Of a stretch of 64,000 bases of DNA, positions 57,238-64,000 are shown piece after piece. Within the stretch, counting starts at the first letter, position 1. Every line of letters starts with the position of its first letter. The position numbers and the translations under genes were made by a program. The DNA is taken from positions 186,001 through 250,000 of IMG/VR virus record IMGVR_UViG_3300036770_003657, one strand, 5' to 3'. A model generated the notes under the pieces. The model made no database searches, was not told the DNA's origin, and was given only the letters and a program-made list of their open reading frames with translations.

Positions 57238-58751
57238 TAACCAAAGCTTACCAATTGACCTAATACAGTATAAGTTCCTGCTACATTCAATATGCTAAAA
57301 CTCATTACATCTTTCTTATTACTATTGCCTGTTGGGGCACTGCTACTACCTTGCCAGTTTATAGTTTGTGCTACACCACCTATTTGTAGTGCGTTACAAA
57401 TATAAGCAGTAGCACCTTGATTAAGAACCAAGGTAATGTTAGTGGCCGTACCAGCAGCCAAGTTTAAATTAGTCAAGTCAGCAGTAAAATCAGCACTAAT
57501 TGAACTGTGAACAAATACTTTATTAGTAGCACAATCATGAGTAACTACACCTGTGGCAGTGCTCTTTGATTCAAATCCATCATCAGGCACTGCTGTCAAA
57601 TAGCCTGCGCCGGAGTGATCACCCCAACCATAAGCAGTATCCCAGTTACCTACCTTGGTAGTTGTTATACTGGCATCAGCAGTGTTTAAGAATGGATCTA
57701 AAAAGTTTATACTACCATCTGTGGCAAAACTCCATTTTTTCTGTATAAATGCTGGAGTAGGAGTGGCTCCGTCGTCACCGTTAATACTAATAACTACTGC
57801 TGCTGCACCATTATCAGTTTCTATTGTATTAGCAGTAAAGGTAAAGTCACCAGTGCTTGCACCACCTAAACCAGTAGTACTGTTTATGCTAGTACCATCA
57901 CTAAATGTAATAGTAGTATCAACACCTGCTTGACCAATATTAACAGTGTCAGTCCGAGATCTACCAATATTAACTGTTCCGTTAACATCATCTAAACCAT
58001 TTCTGCCTCCATCAATCCATACATCTCCTGGTAGTCTGCCAGAAACACTTGCATCTGAACCTGTAATAAAGAATGGTGTTGTTTTGTTACTACCGGTAAC
58101 ATGATCGTTAGTTATGGGAGATATTTCTATGCCATCGTTCCAGGCAACAGATAATTCAGGTCCTGTACCTATATTATTCCAACTTGGACGCAAATTAACT
58201 CCATAATCTCCAAATACAGTGGGGTCACTGCCATTGCCGTAGGAGTTGCCTGGAAGAACTAGTTTGCCATCGGTATTAAATGTCCATTGGTTATTATTTG
58301 ATTTAATATATACAGTAGGATCAACTCCGCTGGCTACCCTAAGGTTGCTGTTTTCTCCACCTATTATTAACTCAGCATTTGAGTTATCAATAGCACCACC
58401 AGCACGTAGATGTATATGTCCTGGATCAGTAGGATCTACAATAAGGTATTGATCGTTACCGTAACTACCAGCACTATAGTGTAGAGCAGAGTCTGGAATA
58501 AGTTTGATTGTGTCAGCACCGCTACCGTCTCCTGCGTCACCATTGCTACCATATAATACGCCAGGCTCTAATACCTTGCTACGAAGGTGTGTCCTAACTC
58601 CGTCGTGTATGGTCAATACGGGTTTATTTGTGGGTCCGTTGCCGTCTATATAGATCGCCGCCTCGCCAAAGGGGCGGATTTCATCGTCGTTGGTATTGTT
58701 AACTTCTCTGCCTTCAACTTGGCTTACATTTATTCTTCTTACTCGTGTCAT
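57237..58751 (-). CDS. Tail fibre protein
   Basis: G/T/D-rich fibre motifs (WTFNTDGKL, WDTAYGWGDH) and C-terminal beta domain. Confidence 0.65.
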   Translation of the reverse strand: MTRVRRINVSQVEGREVNNTNDDEIRPFGEAAIYIDGNGPTNKPVLTIHDGVRTHLRSKVLEPGVLYGSNGDAGDGSGADTIKLIPDSALHYSAGSYGNDQYLIVDPTDPGHIHLRAGGAIDNSNAELIIGGENSNLRVASGVDPTVYIKSNNNQWTFNTDGKLVLPGNSYGNGSDPTVFGDYGVNLRPSWNNIGTGPELSVAWNDGIEISPITNDHVTGSNKTTPFFITGSDASVSGRLPGDVWIDGGRNGLDDVNGTVNIGRSRTDTVNIGQAGVDTTITFSDGTSINSTTGLGGASTGDFTFTANTIETDNGAAAVVISINGDDGATPTPAFIQKKWSFATDGSINFLDPFLNTADASITTTKVGNWDTAYGWGDHSGAGYLTAVPDDGFESKSTATGVVTHDCATNKVFVHSSISADFTADLTNLNLAAGTATNITLVLNQGATAYICNALQIGGVAQTINWQGSSSAPTGNSNKKDVMSFSILNVAGTYTVLGQLVSFG

Positions 58752-58765
58752 TTATCTGCCCCTAA

Positions 58766-59506
58766 TTAATCGTATAATTCTGAACCGTAGAACACTTTTG
58801 CGGCCCAATGTATTTTTAGTGTTTTTTCTTCACCGTCTATCCTGCGATAACTGATGGTGCCTTCATTTTGTACTACCCAGAGGTCATCGTTATCACCGTC
58901 GGTGCCACCACTGGCAACTTCGCTGTGGGTGATGTTTTCTTCACCGTCGTCGTCTACAATGTGTATTGTGCCTATTATTGTTGATTCGCCAGTATAGGCA
59001 TGGTAATCTATAATAGCACCTCTAAAATTAGTACCACCTCCAGGTAAACTATTTTTATCCCACCATACTTGTGGTTGTGCTCCTGTTGTAATTCTTAGGT
59101 AAACTGTGTTGTCTTCTGTCTGTGAAACATAAGAATTATTATTTTCATAATAGAACCAATACTCTGTTGCTTGGATACTTGAAAACCAACCTGGTAGATA
59201 TGTTATATTATCAAAAGATATCTCAAAAGTAGCACCACCGTTATCATATATTGGTTGTAATATTGCGTCTAACTCTAGAGTACGTTTTACAAAAATTTCA
59301 TAGTTAGTTGTAGTGGTTCTAGCACTAGCACCTGTGTAATCGGTGGTTATTCTTTCTGTGACTGAAATGGTGTTATTGCCTGTAACTTCTTCGATTCTAC
59401 GATCTTCGCTAGCTGTTGATTTTACACTACCAACACCGGCTGCTGTGGTCATTGATGTACCATCTGCGAATTCTAACCCATCTTGAACTTTAAATTTGTC
59501 TGCCAT
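58766..59506 (-). CDS. Putative tail-associated protein
   Basis: GLEFADGTSMTTA fibre motif; tail cluster context. Confidence 0.5.
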   Translation of the reverse strand: MADKFKVQDGLEFADGTSMTTAAGVGSVKSTASEDRRIEEVTGNNTISVTERITTDYTGASARTTTTNYEIFVKRTLELDAILQPIYDNGGATFEISFDNITYLPGWFSSIQATEYWFYYENNNSYVSQTEDNTVYLRITTGAQPQVWWDKNSLPGGGTNFRGAIIDYHAYTGESTIIGTIHIVDDDGEENITHSEVASGGTDGDNDDLWVVQNEGTISYRRIDGEEKTLKIHWAAKVFYGSELYD

Positions 59507-59516
59507 TTTATTTTCC

Positions 59517-61373
59517 TTATATTGCTATAATTTGTGCAATAACCTTAAATCTTACTGTTGCAATACTATTAGGTACTGTAGCATTTAATTCTAAATTACT
59601 ACCATTGATTACGGTATCCAATGTGTAAAGAGGAGTAGCACTAGTATGAATAACTGCATAAACTGTTGACTTATGACTAGTATTAGAATTTAGGGTTAAC
59701 AACACTTCACAGGTATGTGTATCACCAGTACTAAGATCACGACCCCTTACTATTAACTTAGCTCCATCTACTGAATTTGTTGGTATATCCCAAATAGTTA
59801 CAGTGGCACCACCATCTACATTTCTATTTTCTATAACAGGTAATATGTTATTAGTATCAGTAAACTGAGCTACATCATCTTGTACTAAGTTCTTAAGAAA
59901 CTTCACTGAATCTAAAACTGTATTTGCCAGTGCAGCAGTACCAACTCCTACATTAAAAATAGTGTTACTGACACCGTTTGGACTGCTATTAATACTAGTT
60001 ACTATTAAACGGCCTGTATTAGAAGTATTATAATAACCAATAATAGTATCACTAATCTTTAAATTGCTCAGTGTTGTAAATAATGTAGAACTATTGTCAA
60101 CATTACTAAACAATACAGTGTTATCGGTTCTCCATTCAATATAATTTACATCAGGAGCACTGCCTGTAAGTTCTTGACCTATTTCAAGTTTATTATCTGG
60201 ATTTACACTTACGATGGTATCTCCTAAATAAATTGAACTAGAGCTTAGATATAAGTCTCTAAACCTTTTAGTTGGGCTACCTAAATCATAAGTTATGTCT
60301 GTGGTAGGTAATATATCTTGTGCTACACTGGCTAAATTTGGTACAGATGGTTTATTCTTAATAAAGTCACTAGCAGTATTATCACTTTGGCTCCAATCAC
60401 TTTGTAGAGCAGCTGGAGTTAGACCAATATTACTCTGTGCTACTAGTTTTTGTGTAGGTGTTAGTGTTTGTACATCATCAAATCTTACTCTATTGCCTAA
60501 GGCTGTAGTTGTTGTAGTAGCAAAATTTTCATCATCCGCTACAGCAGCAGCTAATTCATTTAAGGTATCTAGTAAGCCTGGTGCTCCATCAATGATATTA
60601 CTTATAGCATTATCAACATAAGTTGTTGTTGCATATCCAGTTAAATTAAGTGGAGCACTCCATTGTAGTTCACCTGAACCATTTGTTGTCAAGTAATTAC
60701 CACTACTTCCATCTGTTGTGGGCCAATTTAAGTTATTAATCTTAATGCGGCCTGTACCATTAGATAGTATTTCAAAATCACCATCAGTAGTAACTGCACT
60801 AATTTTATTTGAGTATAATACACCTAAACTATCAATTTTAGTGACAGATCTTAGTGTTCCTGTGTTATCTACAGTTTGAAAATCAAAACTTCCTGGGCAA
60901 AAATTTGTTCCTACAGATGAATCTACTTTAACACTTAATACTGCGGCTGTGCCAAATGTATTTCCAGCTTGACCTATAAAAGCTATATCAGCTATATCAT
61001 CTCCCACTTGCACTGGTTGAGGATTAGTAAAAGTTCCTCTACTTCTATATAATACAATATTATTCGCATCTACATTATCATGACGTTGCATTAGTCTTAG
61101 AATTGGGGTAGATACATATGCATTTTGGTTTATATCTAAAGATCCAAGTCCCAGATCAGATCGGTCACCAATTGTGACTCCGTTAATCGGAGTCATTATG
61201 TATCTATTGTCTACCAGAGCAATTGGATATGGTGTTTCAGATGGTATGCCGCCTACCGTACTACCGTCACCTACATATATTTTTTTAGTATCTGTCGTAT
61301 AAATTAACTCACCTTCAGCAGGAGTTATTGTTAATCGTTCTGCGTCTGTTCCGCGTCTTATTTTAAATGCCAT
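59517..61373 (-). CDS. Tail fibre protein (Mtd/hyaluronidase-type N-terminus)
   Basis: IRRGT...GELIYTTDTKKIYVGDG.T.GG; GAP..LDTL.ELAAA; YDLGSPTKRFRDLYLS. Confidence 0.72.
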   Translation of the reverse strand: MAFKIRRGTDAERLTITPAEGELIYTTDTKKIYVGDGSTVGGIPSETPYPIALVDNRYIMTPINGVTIGDRSDLGLGSLDINQNAYVSTPILRLMQRHDNVDANNIVLYRSRGTFTNPQPVQVGDDIADIAFIGQAGNTFGTAAVLSVKVDSSVGTNFCPGSFDFQTVDNTGTLRSVTKIDSLGVLYSNKISAVTTDGDFEILSNGTGRIKINNLNWPTTDGSSGNYLTTNGSGELQWSAPLNLTGYATTTYVDNAISNIIDGAPGLLDTLNELAAAVADDENFATTTTTALGNRVRFDDVQTLTPTQKLVAQSNIGLTPAALQSDWSQSDNTASDFIKNKPSVPNLASVAQDILPTTDITYDLGSPTKRFRDLYLSSSSIYLGDTIVSVNPDNKLEIGQELTGSAPDVNYIEWRTDNTVLFSNVDNSSTLFTTLSNLKISDTIIGYYNTSNTGRLIVTSINSSPNGVSNTIFNVGVGTAALANTVLDSVKFLKNLVQDDVAQFTDTNNILPVIENRNVDGGATVTIWDIPTNSVDGAKLIVRGRDLSTGDTHTCEVLLTLNSNTSHKSTVYAVIHTSATPLYTLDTVINGSNLELNATVPNSIATVRFKVIAQIIAI

Positions 61374-61375
61374 TT

Positions 61376-61939
61376 CTAGCTCCCTAAATCAATTGGACCT
61401 GCATCGTGGTTAATGTTTACAGGTTGAGTTATAGTTCCATTATCAATATCAATTGATAATAATATCCATTCTATTTTTGTTGCTACATTAGTACCTATTA
61501 TAGTACCAAAATCAAAACCAATTAAACTTTCAGCAATTGAATTAAATTGTCTTACAATGCCTAATTGATCGGTAGTATCAGTTATTTGGCTTAAATCTGT
61601 TGGTATAAATGGTTTATCTGTTAAATCATCATAGTTACCACTAGTAGCCACACTGGCAAAGTTGGGCTTACCAGTTAGATCTGCATAATCACCGCTAAAG
61701 CGTTCTGGTATAATATTCCAACTTATATTGCCATCACCATCATTGGCTAAGTATCCTTCAGCATTGGGTGGTAATTCTAAAGTTTTTATATAGGGTAAAT
61801 TGCTCCAAGTATTAATACCGTCACCAATTTTTACCCTACCACTATCAATTTCAAAACCAGGTTCACCTTGACTCAGAACAGGATTAACATTGTTCCAAGC
61901 AATTGATGAATCTCGTCTTAGTTGTATTAAATTGGCCAT
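61376..61939 (-). CDS. Tail fibre-associated protein (Mtd-N-like)
   Basis: IQLRRD...W...NPVL.QGEPG.E.D....KIGDG...W..LPY. Confidence 0.7.
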   Translation of the reverse strand: MANLIQLRRDSSIAWNNVNPVLSQGEPGFEIDSGRVKIGDGINTWSNLPYIKTLELPPNAEGYLANDGDGNISWNIIPERFSGDYADLTGKPNFASVATSGNYDDLTDKPFIPTDLSQITDTTDQLGIVRQFNSIAESLIGFDFGTIIGTNVATKIEWILLSIDIDNGTITQPVNINHDAGPIDLGS

Positions 61940-61947
61940 TTTAATAT

Positions 61948-62244
61948 TTACTCTATATTGCCTGCATCATAGTCTATTAAAGTGGGATCTGTAATATAGC
62001 CTAAGTCTATAGTGCTTGTTAAAAATAATAATTGTAAAGGACTTGTAATATTATTAAGTTGAATTTTACCAAAATCAAACTCGTTTACACTGTTAGCACC
62101 ATTTATGGCAGCAACATTAAATGTTAAATCTTCTACAATATTATCTAAGTCTTGAAAGTTCTTATTAATTTTATCAAATGCTGTACGAATTGGATCCCCA
62201 TTACCCTTATCAGCCTGTCCAATATTAACTATTCTTACGGTCAT
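61948..62244 (-). CDS. Small baseplate/fibre protein with gp9/gp10-like N-terminus
   Basis: VNIG..DKGNGDPIRTAFDKINKNF. Confidence 0.6.
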   Translation of the reverse strand: MTVRIVNIGQADKGNGDPIRTAFDKINKNFQDLDNIVEDLTFNVAAINGANSVNEFDFGKIQLNNITSPLQLLFLTSTIDLGYITDPTLIDYDAGNIE

Positions 62245-64000
62245 TACATTCTCCCTACAGCCACTTCAATAACACCTGTACCTAAGCTATCTTTATCTTC
62301 AAGAGCTTTACCTATAATTGATCCTAATACTGGGTTGCTGGCCTTAATAGCATATCCAGCAGTGGCACTAGTTGTCAATAAGTCTCCTTTTCTTATCCTG
62401 CCTATTACACGACAAGGCACTCTACCCTGTAATGCTATACATACTGTATTAGGTTGATCAGCAAGTTTATTATTCATAGTATAAGCAGGATCAGTAGTCA
62501 CTATACCTGCTACTCTTGTGTCAGCAAATATGTTTGTACTAGTAGTTTCTCTAGAACCACCAAATATTAATACTACACCTGGTTCATATTTTCCATCACT
62601 AGTATACCATTCTGCCAAGTCAGCATAAGTGGCCTGTAAACTACTACCATCAGTTAGAGCCCAAGCACCAGTAATAGTGCCAGCTATACTTGATCCACCT
62701 GTACTTATTTCTGTTAAACTTGTTAAACTAGTATGAGTATGTTCTGCACTAGCAGCTCCTAGACTATTATAACTTATGGTTACAGCATTAGAACCATTAA
62801 ATGATGAACCACTATTCACACCAGATCCATCATCACTAAATGTTAACGCATTGGCTAGACTAGCCGCAGTACCCACGCTTAGGTCACTAACATTGGCCCA
62901 ACTTGGGTCACTATTAGCTCCATTAGTTCTAAGAATTTGTCCTGATGTACCTGGAGCCAGTAATGCAGTAGCATTAGCAGCTGATTGATATAATATTGAA
63001 CCTTGTACACCACCGTTAATATTATTTGCACTTTCGGCACTGGTAGCATGTAGACTAGCACTATCTCCAGCAGTCCATTGACCCATATACACTACTGGAG
63101 TGGCCGTTATATCGTCACCACTAAATGTAAGTACAGGTATTCCATCATTTGTTTCTATGCCAGTTAGTTGGGTACGTCCATTATTTTTTCTTTGAACTAT
63201 TGTATTGGCTGTAGCATTTGTAGTATACTCTACAGCAGCTTGAGTACTATTTTCTTCCTCCGTTAATTGTAAACTGCCCCACACATATCTTCTAGCAGGT
63301 ATTACACCAGCATTAGTTAAGCTATCTCTAAAACCTTTTTGAAACACTGTAGCGAATGGTATACTGGTTGGAGAGCTAGCAGTGCTAGTTTCATTCCCTA
63401 GTACTGATCTTGCGGCAACATCATCTATATCACTGTGTGCTACACCCTTACTTTTTATTCTAACAAATCCGCGATCTACTTCAAAGTTAAGATCACTAAA
63501 GTTAGCTAATCCACAATCTTCTTGATCTTTATCAGTTTTAGCCCAACCATTATCAGCGTCATCTTCTGGAAATGTTTCAGCTAGCCTCATTGATAATTTG
63601 CTTTGTAATATACCGGCATTGACATTTACGTCAGCATTAACTATAGATCCTGCACGAATTTGTTGATTAAGTTCTAGTTTGTTTAAACTAATAACAGTAG
63701 CACCTGTACTGTGTGATCTTGTAAATCCATTATTAAATTTTGCATTAATATCAGCATCTTCTAAGCTCAACCTTGTTACTATTTGAAGATCATTGCCAGT
63801 TTTATTACCGTAATAGAAAACTTCTTCATCTATTAATACATATCCTTCAACTGGGAAATCACTAGCATCAACTAAAGTTATTTCATTAATAGATCCAGTA
63901 GCTGGTATAGCTACATTTAGTGTACTTGTAGCGCCACTAGTTATGCTTGATTCTAAGTCTCCTGCAACTTTGGCACTTGCAAATCCTTTAATTACTTCAC
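62244..64000 (-). CDS. Long tail fibre protein with C-terminal intramolecular-chaperone/peptidase-G2-like domain; starts beyond the window
   Basis: YADLAEWY...GVVL.FGG...GRVPCRV.G...KGDLL...IIGKALE; frame stays open upstream of 63770. Confidence 0.7.
   Translation of the reverse strand, partial: EVIKGFASAKVAGDLESSITSGATSTLNVAIPATGSINEITLVDASDFPVEGYVLIDEEVFYYGNKTGNDLQIVTRLSLEDADINAKFNNGFTRSHSTGATVISLNKLELNQQIRAGSIVNADVNVNAGILQSKLSMRLAETFPEDDADNGWAKTDKDQEDCGLANFSDLNFEVDRGFVRIKSKGVAHSDIDDVAARSVLGNETSTASSPTSIPFATVFQKGFRDSLTNAGVIPARRYVWGSLQLTEEENSTQAAVEYTTNATANTIVQRKNNGRTQLTGIETNDGIPVLTFSGDDITATPVVYMGQWTAGDSASLHATSAESANNINGGVQGSILYQSAANATALLAPGTSGQILRTNGANSDPSWANVSDLSVGTAASLANALTFSDDGSGVNSGSSFNGSNAVTISYNSLGAASAEHTHTSLTSLTEISTGGSSIAGTITGAWALTDGSSLQATYADLAEWYTSDGKYEPGVVLIFGGSRETTSTNIFADTRVAGIVTTDPAYTMNNKLADQPNTVCIALQGRVPCRVIGRIRKGDLLTTSATAGYAIKASNPVLGSIIGKALEDKDSLGTGVIEVAVGRM

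Noticed and set aside
59517-61939. Diversity-generating retroelement suggested by Mtd-like N-termini
   Set aside because: No reverse transcriptase and no TR/VR pair are visible; the Mtd-N-like domain is a generic fibre anchor.
1-64000. Stop-codon reassignment as seen in some large phages
   Set aside because: Conserved genes (polB, clpA, thyX, folE) are full length under code 11, and TAA, TAG and TGA all terminate genes with tight coupling.
1-64000. Prophage, integrase or transposon
   Set aside because: No recombinase, transposase, att-like boundary or host chromosomal region is seen; gene content fits a lytic large phage.

Overview
This is a 64-kb segment of a large, AT-rich, lytic dsDNA tailed phage, T4-like or jumbo-myovirus-like. 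It uses the standard genetic code, and separated spanins point to a Gram-negative host. Left to right it holds: (1) a very AT-rich + strand block of modification enzymes (SDR, Asp/Asn-hydroxylase-like oxygenase, methyltransferase, SGNH-like protein, radical SAM); (2) a - strand early/replication region with thyX, MoxR/VWA, a 5'-3' exonuclease, a sliding clamp and PolB, plus an extended 7-deazaguanine DNA-modification cluster (dpdA, dpdL-like, folE, queE) interleaved with a glycosyltransferase and two sugar-type oxidoreductases; (3) a block of probable capsid-internal/ejected proteins with shared capsid-targeting-like N-termini, including a polyprotein of in-frame cassettes bounded by an identical 20-bp repeat and two nucleotidyltransferase proteins; (4) clpA-def-dnaJ, a lysis cassette (GH19 endolysin, spanins), phoH, clamp loader, groES and a mini-DnaE fragment; (5) baseplate and tail-fibre genes. 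Several consensus sigma70 promoters, T4-like late (TAAATA) boxes and RNA hairpins are visible. I found no tRNA, rRNA, CRISPR array or integrase. All calls come from motif recognition by eye; no database searches were run.
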